The notes under the pieces were generated by a model, which did no database searches, was not told the origin of the DNA, and worked only from the letters and a program-made list of their open reading frames with translations. A program made the position numbers and the translations under genes. A DNA stretch of 64,000 nucleotides from Limnothrix sp. BL-A-16 (GTDB lineage Bacteria; Cyanobacteriota; Cyanobacteriia; CACIAM-69d). This document shows positions 1-10,391 of the stretch, piece after piece (within the stretch, counting starts at the first letter, position 1; each line of letters starts with the position of its first letter). The stretch is from assembly GCA_041937175.2 (NCBI GenBank), contig CP166615.1:480001-544000 (forward strand). The letters are read 5' to 3'.

Positions 1-417
1 TCAGCCCCCAGGCGATTGAACTCGGCCTGGATGCCCTGGCGGCGATCGGCCTGAACCCCATTGAGCAGGATGGCCACCTGAGGTTTCAACCCCAAGCTCC
101 GGACGGCATGGAAACCGAAGCGACCAGCCGATCACGGGCGATCGCACAATTTTGGGCGATCGTCCAAGAAGAGCGCTTTCACCATCAATATTTCGCCACC
201 ATGTCTCCAGCAGCACTCCAGGATCTGGATCCGCGCCTCCAACCTCACTAGATGATAGGAGGCCATGCGATTGTGGATCTCCACAAAACTGGTAATAACT
301 GGAATCTAGAGTCCTTGCAGTAATACCTTTGTTAATCAGTAGTCTTCTTTCACAAATCAATTAAAAGTCCTCATCCTTAACCCCTTTTCTTAAGATGGGC
401 TGATCAACGATCATCTT

Positions 418-501
418 GTAGGTTGGGTTGAGGCACGAAACCCAACAACAGTAAGATTCGTGGTGATCGAGTTGGGCTTCGCAAAGCTCAACCTAACCTA
501 C
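418..501. repeat. GTAG-type REP doublet (REPIN-like inverted repeat)
   Basis: GTAGGTTGGGTTGAG (418-432) pairs with CTCAACCTAACCTAC (487-501), 14/15. Inner CGAAACCCAAC (436-446) pairs with GTTGGGCTTCG (471-481). Each half starts with GTAG and forms its own hairpin. Confidence 0.75.
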
Positions 502-869
502 CGAAGAATCGGGCGCTTGTGTGTTTTGTCGGTCAATCAGCAATCTTGGAGAGAGATTTAGGATTCAGGATTTAGGATCGTGATTGGTGCAAGAGGTCTA
601 GTAATAACCTGGTTGACCAAGCTGTTCTAATGTCAACCAATCAAATTGAATACAGTTGTCTTAAAGTCGTTGCCTTTGAACTTGATTTTTTAAAAATCTC
701 TGGCTTGCGAAAGCTTGAATGATCAACCAGAGAAAATGTAGTTAAAAGGCAACAACTTTTGGGATTTGGATACTGGTGCTAATGACTTGCATTCATCAAG
801 CGTTGGCAAAATTGAAAACGAACACTTGCAAAATTTACAACGAACTTGGGTTGAAGCGGAAAGCGTGGG

Positions 870-2135
870 TTAGCCATCCGCAAAGCCGGAAGCAGCGTGA
901 TGATTGGTGGAACCTAGTGCAATCATGGGTAGCCAAACGGTGAACATGCTGCCTTGCTGTAGTTCACTATCGAGTTCAATTTTGCCGTGATGCAATTGGA
1001 CGCATTGGGAAATGATGGCTAAACCCAATCCAGTGCCGGGGATGTCAGCGACGTTGGATCCTCTAGTAAATTGTTGAAAAATCCGTTCCTGATCGGCGCT
1101 GCAAATGCCGATGCCATGGTCGCGAACCTGCAAGAGTAGGAAGTTACTTTGTTGCGATAGAAAGACCTCGATCGCGCCGCCATCCGGTGAATATTTGACG
1201 GCATTGTCCAAGAGGTTATTGGTAATCAGCCGAAATAGGCGAGCATCGGCCCAAATTTGAGAATGATCTAGGCGATCGTGGATTGTGATGTGGCACAGGG
1301 CGGGTGCAATTTGTTGGCAACGATCGACCACTTCTCGAAGTAAGGCAGAGACATCTAACCAAGCGGGTTCAAACCGCAATCGGCCGGAATCAGCCTCAAT
1401 TAAGACCGTGAGATCGTTAAATTCCGAAAGGGTTTTTTCCGCTAAACAACCGATCCGCTTCAGGTAGGCTCGCTGTTGTTCGGCGGGCCAATGATCCCAA
1501 AACCGATCCATGAGTTGGGCATAGGATTGAATGGCTCCGATCGCGCTGCGGGAGTCGTGGAGGGCGATCGCGGCCAGTTGGTTGCGATCGATCAATTGCT
1601 GCTCCAACGACACCTGACAGCGCCGGGCTTCGCGATCGGCTAAGCATCGGCTGCTTACCGCATCGAGCATGGCCCGCCCTTGCTCGGGAGTCCAAGGCAA
1701 GTCCACCACGCCCCAAATGCCGCCATGGGTGAGGGCTGAAACCAACGGCGCGATCGAGGAGGGCAGGGGACGCATCACCACCACCAAAGAGGGCAGCCCC
1801 GATTGGCGATATAGCCAATCCACTAGTGCCAGCATCGGTTTCACCGTTTCCGGCATTACCAACAGCACCAACAGCTCCACCTTAGCCAGCTCACGCAGGG
1901 GTGGATCCGTTTGGGATCGCAATTGAGCTAAAGAGTCGATCGTCCAGTGATCGAACAACACATGGCCAGACTCCTGAATCAGAGATTCCCAAATCGGGCG
2001 CTCTGAAGTTTCATGGCCTCCAACCAGCGCCACAATCAGAGACTGTGACTCGGAAGGAACCGATTCGTGGTTGGAGCCGGAAGCCGTGGGTGGGCGATTG
2101 GGCACACTGGCCGAATTGGAAAAATTCATGAACAC
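870..2135 (-). CDS. Sensor histidine kinase with degenerate N-terminal receiver-like domain
   Basis: HATPase motifs NNLLDNAVKYS (N), DHGIG (G1), IFQQF (F), GTGLGL (G2); atypical H-box ALHDSRSAI. Confidence 0.85.
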   Translation of the reverse strand: MFMNFSNSASVPNRPPTASGSNHESVPSESQSLIVALVGGHETSERPIWESLIQESGHVLFDHWTIDSLAQLRSQTDPPLRELAKVELLVLLVMPETVKPMLALVDWLYRQSGLPSLVVVMRPLPSSIAPLVSALTHGGIWGVVDLPWTPEQGRAMLDAVSSRCLADREARRCQVSLEQQLIDRNQLAAIALHDSRSAIGAIQSYAQLMDRFWDHWPAEQQRAYLKRIGCLAEKTLSEFNDLTVLIEADSGRLRFEPAWLDVSALLREVVDRCQQIAPALCHITIHDRLDHSQIWADARLFRLITNNLLDNAVKYSPDGGAIEVFLSQQSNFLLLQVRDHGIGICSADQERIFQQFTRGSNVADIPGTGLGLAIISQCVQLHHGKIELDSELQQGSMFTVWLPMIALGSTNHHAASGFADG

Positions 2136-2712
2136 ATGCTTAAACCTCGTCGGCGGCGATCGATGGCTGGCGATGCAACCCCATCCACCTAAACATCGAA
2201 ACTTCGCTTCCGTAAATGCCAGATTTTAATTATCAACTTGCTGGGGGGATTCAGACCAGTTGAAGCGCTGCAAAACAGTCGTGAAAATCCCGATCGCAAC
2301 GCTGGCAGAAACTCCCGCACCATTAAACAAAATGACCAATCCGGCTCTGTTTGCTTTGCACGAAGTTGGTTTGGATAGGTCGCGATTTTTCCGTTTTGAT
2401 CGCCGGCCGGTGATGTCGATCAAAACGGAAAAGTTGATGCTTGTTGCCCCTAAATTCCAATCGTACCGCCCTTAGCTCCCGTGTCACCAGGGGATTGAGC
2501 AACAGAAAGGCTAAAAATGCGCCTGAATACCAAGATCCACCACTGAGGCTGAATTTCAGGCTGAAATTCTGGAGCGGGTTGCTGGAATGGATGAAAATTG
2601 ACTGGGTATGGACTGGATCTGGATTGGATATGAATCTGGCACAACAGGCCCCAGACCCAAGCCGACCCCCATTTCAGGGGCCGGCGCAGCCGCCAGTGAT
2701 TCCAGTTTGTCT

Positions 2713-3372
2713 TTAGAAGGCTGGGGTTTGCCAAAGTTGCGTTATGTCGTATCCCAACTCCCCTAACATGCGGCGCAAGAGCGGCAGGCTGAGGCCAATT
2801 ACATTCATGTGGCAGCCTTCGATTTTCTCCACAAACAGACCGCCGCGCCCTTCGAGGGCAAAACACCCGGCGCATTGCATGGGTTCGCCCGTGGCGATGT
2901 AGGCCGCAATTTCGGCATCGGTGGGGGTTGCGAAATGAACACGGGTGGTGGCGGACTGGATCAACTCCCGATCGCTCGCCAAATCAATCAGCACATGGCC
3001 CGTGTACAGATCACCAATTTTTCCCCGCATTTGTTGCCAGCGCTCCATGGCCTCGGCGGGTGAGTCGGGTTTGCCATAGACTTCCCCATTCACCAACAGC
3101 ACGGAATCGCAACCCAAAACCACGATCGAGCTGCCCAGTTCAGGGGATCCCAACAGGGACTGCCGCAGGGCCGGTTCCTGCCGCAGCCGATTGACAATCA
3201 CCCGTGCCTTGCCCTGGGCCAGCACTTGCACCAGTTGTCCTGGATCAAAAACGGTGACGGAATCTTCATCGAAATCGCTGGGACAAACGATCGGGGGAAT
3301 GCCCGCCATCTGGAGGAGTTTGCGGCGAGCAGGAGAGGCGGAAGCTAACACCAATTGCAAGGGGTTAGGCAT
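2713..3372 (-). CDS. maf: Maf-family nucleoside triphosphate pyrophosphatase
   Basis: [26 protein letters not shown] and GCHMNVIGL motifs. Confidence 0.93.
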   Translation of the reverse strand: MPNPLQLVLASASPARRKLLQMAGIPPIVCPSDFDEDSVTVFDPGQLVQVLAQGKARVIVNRLRQEPALRQSLLGSPELGSSIVVLGCDSVLLVNGEVYGKPDSPAEAMERWQQMRGKIGDLYTGHVLIDLASDRELIQSATTRVHFATPTDAEIAAYIATGEPMQCAGCFALEGRGGLFVEKIEGCHMNVIGLSLPLLRRMLGELGYDITQLWQTPAF

Positions 3373-3520
3373 AGTCTTGGTCAGTTAGTAATCGAAAGGT
3401 TAGGAGATGGGGTTGACGAGGGTGAATCAGGGGTTAATCCACGGATGAGGAAGCGGCGCAAGTTCGGGTGAAAGGGTGGCGGTTGGGCTTGGTCAGGATT
3501 GCCCAGACCCTACCAAGGAA

Positions 3521-3549
3521 ACAGGGCAACAGCCTTGCCATTGCCCTGT
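3521..3549 (-). terminator. Hairpin downstream of psbP, possible intrinsic terminator
   Basis: ACAGGGCAA/TTGCCCTGT 9-bp stem; only a weak T-tract on the minus strand. Confidence 0.4.
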
Positions 3550-3771
3550 CTAAATGATTGACGCGGTAGTGATCGATCGGTCGTTATCCAGTTGACTGCC
3601 ATTGATTTGACTGCCATTGAGATCGATCGCCACTTCGCCACCGATATTGATCACCACTGATGATCACCATGAATGACCTGATCACCATGAAATTACTGTC
3701 AAACTGATTGCCACTGAGTATGGTCGATCGCCCGTTGGTTGTTGTTGTCGCCCCGGCTGAGTCCAAGTTGC

Positions 3772-4338
3772 CTAGTCCACGGAGAACGATCGAACGACCG
3801 TTTCAAACATGTCTTTCACCTTGTCCCAACGCCCTTCGGAGGCGGAAATGTTCAAGGTGTAGAGCTGGCCACGGCTGACGGCAACGCTGGCCAGGTTGTG
3901 GCGTTCCTGGTTAGGCAGCTTCACGGCATATTCCAGCAAGTAGTAGGTTTTGCCGTTGGCTTCTCGGGACTCGGCGTTCACCAGTTCGGCGGTGCGTCCG
4001 GAGCCGGGCGGGGCGATCGCGCTCTTGGAGAGGCGATAACCCACTTCGCTGGGGGTTCCCAAATCGGGCAGGGCTTTGCCGCTGGGAACGGGGTTGATCA
4101 CGACGCTGACGTTTTCGGTTTCTTGGATCAGGTCATGGAAGACCACATCGGGCCCGCCGGCCACTTTGACGGCCACCCACCCGATCGGGTACAGGAATCG
4201 ATAGCCTTTGGTGGCATCAATGTAGGCCTTCAAGCCGCTGGCCGGAGCGGCGCAGGCTTGCAGCGCCACCACAACCGTCAGCAACAACGCGATCGCGAGG
4301 CGTTTCCAAGTGGAGCGGTTCAGGGACGAAAATTGCAT
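3772..4338 (-). CDS. psbP: Photosystem II PsbP-like lipoprotein (CyanoP)
   Basis: Lipobox LQAC after a hydrophobic signal; GYRFLYPIGW, DVVFHDLI, ENVSV, YYLLEYAV. Start moved to ATG 4338. Confidence 0.92.
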   Translation of the reverse strand: MQFSSLNRSTWKRLAIALLLTVVVALQACAAPASGLKAYIDATKGYRFLYPIGWVAVKVAGGPDVVFHDLIQETENVSVVINPVPSGKALPDLGTPSEVGYRLSKSAIAPPGSGRTAELVNAESREANGKTYYLLEYAVKLPNQERHNLASVAVSRGQLYTLNISASEGRWDKVKDMFETVVRSFSVD

Positions 4339-4982
4339 GGGTTTCGAGTTCGATCGGGCGTTGCAAAACGGAGCATGAAGGACTGCTGTGTCCTCAATCA
4401 CGAGGGATGACACGCGGGATGATTAATTGTTGGTGAAATTGTTGATGATCGACAGCATCGTTATGATCGCGACAATCACAACGATCCGCATCACTAATCA
4501 TTTCAAATGCCGTCTAGCGGGGTGGCTAGCGAGCAATCCAACGCGATTTCATCTTAAACCGCCCCGGCCCCGGCCGATCCAGACCCAGCTCGGGAACCGG
4601 CGAATCCGGATCACGCCGCCCATTCTTCCAGATTTCTTTTGATCCCCACTCGGAGACCCGCTCGATCGCCAACATGGCTCGCAAGGGCGTGATCACAGGG
4701 CGGCCCCAAGGCTTTGCCGATCGGGTCTATGTCCCACTAGATAACGCCTTGGTCATTTGGGGCGATCAATCCCCGTCCATTCCCCCTGGCCTCTGTTGCT
4801 GTTTGTGAACCAAGCGGCTAACCTGACAGCTAAGAATTCTGAAAAAATTGTTCCTCAGGAACAGTTCAGTATCATCGTCAGCACTGAGACTAAGCTAATC
4901 CTTCGGTGTCGCTGACTCGTTAGATGACGGTTGGGTCACGCATCTCCCCGTTCTTTTTGAACCTTCCTCAACACTGCCTCCG

Positions 4983-7706
4983 ATGAAGATCCTGAAAGTC
5001 CAGACGCTCCGCGGCCCCAATTATTGGAGCATTCGCCGCCATAAGCTTGTCGTTTTGCGTTTGGATTTGGCGGACTTGGCTGATCGTCCCTCCAACGAGA
5101 TTCCGGGGTTCTACGAAGGACTGGTGGAAGCCCTGCCTAGCTTGATGGAGCATCATTGCTCGCGGGGCAAGCGGGGTGGGTTTCTGGAGCGGGTACGCGA
5201 AGGCACAATGATGGGGCACATCGTGGAGCATGTGGCCCTGGAACTTCAGGAACTGACGCAGATGTCCGTGGGGTTTGGGCGCACGCGGGAAACCTCGGAG
5301 CCGGGTGTGTATCTGGTGGCGATCGAGTATGAAAACGAGCGGGCCGGGCGATATGCGGCCCGGGCAGCCGTGCGTCTGTGCCGCAGCATTGTGGACTCGG
5401 GCAGCTATCCCCTGGCCGAACTGGAGCAAGACTTGCAGGATCTGGAGGAAATTCGGGCAGAGGAAGCCCTTGGCCCCAGTACGGAATCCCTGGTGCGCGA
5501 GGCAGAGCGGCGGGGAATCCCTTGGCGGCAGTTGGCGGCGCGCTCCCTGATTCAGTTGGGGTATGGGGTTCGCCAAAAGCGGGTGCAAGCGACCCTGAGC
5601 GATCGCACGGGGATCTTGGCGGTGGAGCTGGCCTGTGACAAGGACGGCACCAAGCGGGTTTTGGCTGATGCGGGCGTACCGGTTCCTCGGGGGACAACGG
5701 TTCGATACCTCGACGAGCTACAGGACGCGATCGAGGAGGTCGGTGGCTACCCGATCGCGATCAAACCCCTGGACGGCAACCACGGCCGGGGGATCACCCT
5801 GGATATTGAATCCTGGGAAGCGGCGGAAGAGGCCTACGAAATGGCCATGGCCGATTCCAAGTCCCAGACGATTTTGGTGGAACGGTTTTACAAGGGCAAT
5901 GATCACCGGGTGTTGGTGGTCAATGGTCAGGTGGTGGCTGTGGCGGAGCGCGTACCGGCTCGGGTGATTGGGGATGGGCGATCGACCATTCAGGCGTTGA
6001 TTGACGACACCAATCGCGATCCGCGTCGGGGCAGTGGCCACGATAATGTGCTCACCAAAATCACGATCGATCGCCCCTTGGAGCAAATGCTGGAGCGGCA
6101 GAGTCTGACCCTCGATACCGTGCTCGATCGGGGCGAAATTTGCTATTTGCGAGGGACGGCGAACCTGAGTACCGGCGGCATTGCGATCGATCGCACCGAT
6201 GAAATTCACCCGGAAAACGTCTGGTTAGCCCAACGGGTGGTCAAGATCATTGGCTTGGATATTGCCGGGATTGATATTGTTACGCCCGATATTTCCCGCC
6301 CCCTGCGCGAAAACGGAGGTGTGGTGATTGAAGTGAACGCTGCGCCGGGCTTCCGGATGCATGTGCAGCCCAGTGAAGGCATTCCCCGCAACGTGGCGGA
6401 ACCGGTGCTGGATATGCTGTTTCCGCCCGGGTCGCCGGCCCATGTGCCGATCGTGTCGGTGACCGGCACCAACGGCAAAACCACCACCACCCGCCTGATT
6501 GCCCATATCTATCGCCAAACGGGACAGGTGGTGGGCTACACGACCACAGACGGAACCTATATCGGGGAATACATGGTGGAACCCGGGGACAACACCGGCC
6601 CCCAAAGTGCCAACCTGATTCTGCAAGATCCGACCGTGGAAGTGGCCATTCTGGAAACGGCTCGGGGGGGGATTTTGCGATCGGGCTTGGCGTTCGATCG
6701 CTGCGATGTGGGTGTGGTGCTGAATGTGGCCGCTGACCATTTGGGACTGGGGGACATCGACACAATCGAGCAAATGGCCCGTGTAAAGGCCGTGGTGGCG
6801 GAAGCCGCGGCCCCGGATGGCTACGCGGTGTTGAATGCGGATGATCCCCTGGTGGCGGCCATGGCGGAGCATGTGTTGGCCCAGGTCACCTATTTCTCAA
6901 TGAACCCGGAGAACCCGATCGTGCGGGAACATGCCCGACAGGGAGGTTTGGCCGCCGTCTATGAAAACGGCTACCTGTCGATTCTCAAAGGCGATTGGAC
7001 CCTGCGGATCGATCGAGCCGAAAACATTCCCCTCACCCTGGGCGGAAAGGCCGCCTTCCAAATTGCCAACGCCCTGGCCGCCAGTTTGGCCGCCTTCGCC
7101 CAAGGGGTGCGCATTGAAGCGATTCGTCAGGCTCTGATGACCTTCACCTCCAGTGCCAAGCAAACCCCAGGCCGGATGAATCTGTTTGATTTGGGTCGCT
7201 ACCATGCCCTGGTGGACTACGCTCACAATCCCGCTGGCTATGAAGCGGTGGGCGTGTTTGTTCAAAACTGGCCCGGTACCAAGGTGGGTGTGGTCGGCGG
7301 CCCAGGCGATCGCCGTGATGAGGACTTCCAATTGCTGGGCAAGCTTGCGGCCCAAATGTTCGATGAAATTCTGATCAAGGAAGATGACGACAATCGCGGC
7401 CGGGCCCGAGGCAGTGCGGCGCGCCAAATCGAAGCGGGCATCGCCGCCGCCCGTCAGGAAGGAATTGCGCGGGTTCGCCGGTTTGAAACCATCTTGGATG
7501 AAACTACGGCGGTGAATACGGCCCTCGATCGGGCGGTGGATGGCGGGTTAGTGGTGGTTTTCCCGGAAAGCGTCAGCCGCGCCATTGACTTGATTGAGGC
7601 CCGCGGCCCTCGGGAGACCACGAAAACAACGTCCACCCCCAAAACCCCGATCGCCGATCCCGCTAGTAACCGCACCAGCCAGCACAGTGAGGTGAAATCG
7701 GTCTAG
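4983..7706 (+). CDS. cphA: Cyanophycin synthetase
   Basis: MKILKVQTLRGPNYWSIRR N-terminus, ATP-grasp domain (KPLDGNHGRG, EVNAAPGFRMH), Mur-ligase domain (VTGTNGKTTT, ETARGG, DYAHN). Confidence 0.97.
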   Translation: MKILKVQTLRGPNYWSIRRHKLVVLRLDLADLADRPSNEIPGFYEGLVEALPSLMEHHCSRGKRGGFLERVREGTMMGHIVEHVALELQELTQMSVGFGRTRETSEPGVYLVAIEYENERAGRYAARAAVRLCRSIVDSGSYPLAELEQDLQDLEEIRAEEALGPSTESLVREAERRGIPWRQLAARSLIQLGYGVRQKRVQATLSDRTGILAVELACDKDGTKRVLADAGVPVPRGTTVRYLDELQDAIEEVGGYPIAIKPLDGNHGRGITLDIESWEAAEEAYEMAMADSKSQTILVERFYKGNDHRVLVVNGQVVAVAERVPARVIGDGRSTIQALIDDTNRDPRRGSGHDNVLTKITIDRPLEQMLERQSLTLDTVLDRGEICYLRGTANLSTGGIAIDRTDEIHPENVWLAQRVVKIIGLDIAGIDIVTPDISRPLRENGGVVIEVNAAPGFRMHVQPSEGIPRNVAEPVLDMLFPPGSPAHVPIVSVTGTNGKTTTTRLIAHIYRQTGQVVGYTTTDGTYIGEYMVEPGDNTGPQSANLILQDPTVEVAILETARGGILRSGLAFDRCDVGVVLNVAADHLGLGDIDTIEQMARVKAVVAEAAAPDGYAVLNADDPLVAAMAEHVLAQVTYFSMNPENPIVREHARQGGLAAVYENGYLSILKGDWTLRIDRAENIPLTLGGKAAFQIANALAASLAAFAQGVRIEAIRQALMTFTSSAKQTPGRMNLFDLGRYHALVDYAHNPAGYEAVGVFVQNWPGTKVGVVGGPGDRRDEDFQLLGKLAAQMFDEILIKEDDDNRGRARGSAARQIEAGIAAARQEGIARVRRFETILDETTAVNTALDRAVDGGLVVVFPESVSRAIDLIEARGPRETTKTTSTPKTPIADPASNRTSQHSEVKSV

Positions 7707-7752
7707 GCTAATAGCGGTCTAACTAAATCCTACCTTTCCGCGAGCTGAGCCA

Positions 7753-9072
7753 ATGATGTCGCCAAGCTTGTTTGCCCCGGCCCTGCCGCCGATCGAAACC
7801 GTCCGTACTGGGCCGTTAATTCGGCGATTGGATTGTGGTGCACTCGCGATTGTGGAGCAGATGCCCGTTGAGGCGGTCAATCTCAGTTTGTGGGTCAATG
7901 CTGGTTCAGCGATCGAACCGGAATCCATTAATGGCATGGCCCATTTTTTGGAGCATATGGTGTTCAAGGGGAGCGATCGTCTGGCTCTTGGGGAATTTGA
8001 ACAGCGGATTGAAGCTTGCGGAGCGGTCACCAACGCCGCCACCAGCCAAGACTACACCCAGTTTTATCTGACCGCCGCTCCCCAGGATTTTGCGGCCCTG
8101 GCTCCCCTGCAATTCGACGTGGCCTTGCGGCCCCAGTTGCCGGCCGCGGAATTTGACCGGGAGCGCCATGTGGTGCTCGAAGAAATCCGCCGCAGTCAAG
8201 ACAATCCCCGCCGTCGCACCTTCCAAGCGGTGATGAATCTGGCCTTTGAGACCTTGCCCTATAACCGGCCGGTGTTGGGCCCCACGGAAGTGATTGCTCA
8301 CTTGGATGTGCAGCAGATGCGCGACTTCCACAATGGCCACTATCGCCCTCAGTCGGTGACAGCGGTGGCGGTGGGCAATTTGCCGCCGGAGCAGTTATTT
8401 GAAATTTTGGAAACTGGCTTCAACGAGGCCTGGCGCGATCGGGATTGGTCTGATTTGCCCGTGGCCCCGCCATCGTTGATTCCGGAGTTGCCGTTCGATC
8501 GCGTTGAACGCCGGGAAATCATTGACCCATCGTTGCAACAGGCCCGCCTGATCATGCTCTGGCGCGTTCCGGGGCTACAGGACTTGCGGGAAACCTATCC
8601 GCTGGATGTGTTGGCGGCGGTGTTGGGCCATGGCCGCACCTCGCGCCTGGTGCGGGATCTGCGGGAAGAGCGGCGATTGGTGTCCAAGGTTTCGGCCACC
8701 AATTTGACCTACCGTGCCCAAGGAACGTTTTATTTGGCCGCCCATTGTGAGCCGGAGCATTTGCCGGAGCTGGAAGCCCGTTTGCAAGATCATATGGCGC
8801 GTATCGGTTCGGAACCGGTGAGCATGGCGGAGGTCGATCGGGTGCGGGCGCGGGTGGCCAATGGGTTTGTGTTTGGCAATGAAACCCCCGCGAATCGATC
8901 GAACCTCTATGGCTACTACCAAACCTTGGTTGGCAATGTGGATGCGGCCCTGCGATATCCCGATGCCGTCCGTTGCCTGACCCCAGAAGACTTGCAGCGG
9001 GCAGCCCAGCAATATTTGAATCCCCAAGCCTATGGGTTGGTGATCCTGCGTCCCGCTGCTGCCCAAGATTAG
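7753..9072 (+). CDS. M16 (pitrilysin-family) zinc peptidase
   Basis: Inverted zinc motif HFLEH, NAATSQDYT, ERHVVLEE. Confidence 0.92.
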   Translation: MMSPSLFAPALPPIETVRTGPLIRRLDCGALAIVEQMPVEAVNLSLWVNAGSAIEPESINGMAHFLEHMVFKGSDRLALGEFEQRIEACGAVTNAATSQDYTQFYLTAAPQDFAALAPLQFDVALRPQLPAAEFDRERHVVLEEIRRSQDNPRRRTFQAVMNLAFETLPYNRPVLGPTEVIAHLDVQQMRDFHNGHYRPQSVTAVAVGNLPPEQLFEILETGFNEAWRDRDWSDLPVAPPSLIPELPFDRVERREIIDPSLQQARLIMLWRVPGLQDLRETYPLDVLAAVLGHGRTSRLVRDLREERRLVSKVSATNLTYRAQGTFYLAAHCEPEHLPELEARLQDHMARIGSEPVSMAEVDRVRARVANGFVFGNETPANRSNLYGYYQTLVGNVDAALRYPDAVRCLTPEDLQRAAQQYLNPQAYGLVILRPAAAQD

Positions 9073-9172
9073 GGCTGAGAATTGGGCGACTGCTGGGCGA
9101 TGGTTGGGCGATCGCTAGCCCGGATTGGGGCCCTCGATCGCTGTGGATTCCGAAGCCGGCCGGGCGACTGAG

Positions 9173-9955
9173 TTACCCGATCGCCTCCTGACCAAAATTC
9201 AGGGGGATGTCCTGAATCCGCCCCGGGCCCACAGCTTGGATGGCCTCCTTGAGATCCACGTTGCCGGTGTAGAGGGCACGACCGACAATCGCCCCCGTGA
9301 CTCCCACCGACTCCAGGGCCAGCAGCCCCAATAAATCGGTGACGGAACTGATGCCCCCGGAGGCAATTACGGGAATGGAAACCCCTTCCGCCAGTTCGCG
9401 CAGGGCTTCCTTGTTGGGACCCGCCAAAGTGCCGTCCCGGTGAATATCCGTGTAAACAATGGCCGCCGCGCCCCAGTCCTGAACGCGCTGGGCCAATTCC
9501 ACCGCCCGCACTTCGGAGGTTTCTAGCCAACCTCGAGTTGCAACCCAGCCATTGCGGGCATCAATGCCAATCACGATCCGCCCGGGAAATTCAGCGCACC
9601 AGGCGGCCACTTCCTCCGGCTGCTCCACGGCCACGGTTCCCACAATTGCTCTGGTGATCCCCAGCTCAAACAGACGGGCCGCGCGATCGCGGGTGCGGAT
9701 GCCGCCTCCCACTTGGATTTGAATCGGGTGATCGCCCAGTTGTTGGGTAATGGCCGCGATCGCCTGGAGATTCACCGGTTCTCCCGTTTTGGCTCCATCC
9801 AAGTCAACCAGGTGCAACCAACTGGCCCCCGCCGTCATCCACCGCTGGGCAACCATCACCGGATCATCACCAAAGGTTTCCGCGCGATCGTAGTCACCTT
9901 GAAAGAGCCGGACACAACGTCCACCCAACAGATCGATCGCCGGAAAAATATCCAT
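9173..9955 (-). CDS. hisA: ProFAR isomerase (histidine biosynthesis)
   Basis: [52 protein letters not shown]. Confidence 0.97.
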   Translation of the reverse strand: MDIFPAIDLLGGRCVRLFQGDYDRAETFGDDPVMVAQRWMTAGASWLHLVDLDGAKTGEPVNLQAIAAITQQLGDHPIQIQVGGGIRTRDRAARLFELGITRAIVGTVAVEQPEEVAAWCAEFPGRIVIGIDARNGWVATRGWLETSEVRAVELAQRVQDWGAAAIVYTDIHRDGTLAGPNKEALRELAEGVSIPVIASGGISSVTDLLGLLALESVGVTGAIVGRALYTGNVDLKEAIQAVGPGRIQDIPLNFGQEAIG

Positions 9956-10391
9956 GGCTAATCCTCATCCTTCAGAAAATACAAAATCAGAAACCCCAAT
10001 CAATCTACCTGAAGGCTGTAATTCGCAACATAGGGCATTAACCAGGTTTTGGATGGCCCCCTGCACCGAAGTGGGTTAATCAACATGGGTTAATCAACAG
10101 TTTCAGGTGGTCAAGATCGCACCCAATTACGCTTAACTGCGCTCGATCGCCCCAAATGGCAATTCCGAAAAACCAGCGAAAACAAACGATCGACCGTGAA
10201 CGCCCCCGTTGGGTTTCTCGGTCGATCGTCCGTCACCCTTGAGTTTTAGGACAATGTTTAGGAATTTTGTCCTTGCAGGAGCCATGGCCAGAAGTCGCCT
10301 TCTGAACGAACTCGCTCCCTCCACCATCCATCAATGAGCCTGACTCGCCCCAATCGGCTAGCTCCGCAGGCGCATCCTTGAATCATGGATA

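Noticed and set aside
1..360. 119-aa minus-strand ORF at the window start
   Set aside because: No protein-like motifs. A different minus frame starting near position 89 (MKPQVAILLNGVQADRRQGIQAEFNRLG...) looks more natural but is cut by the window edge, so neither is called.
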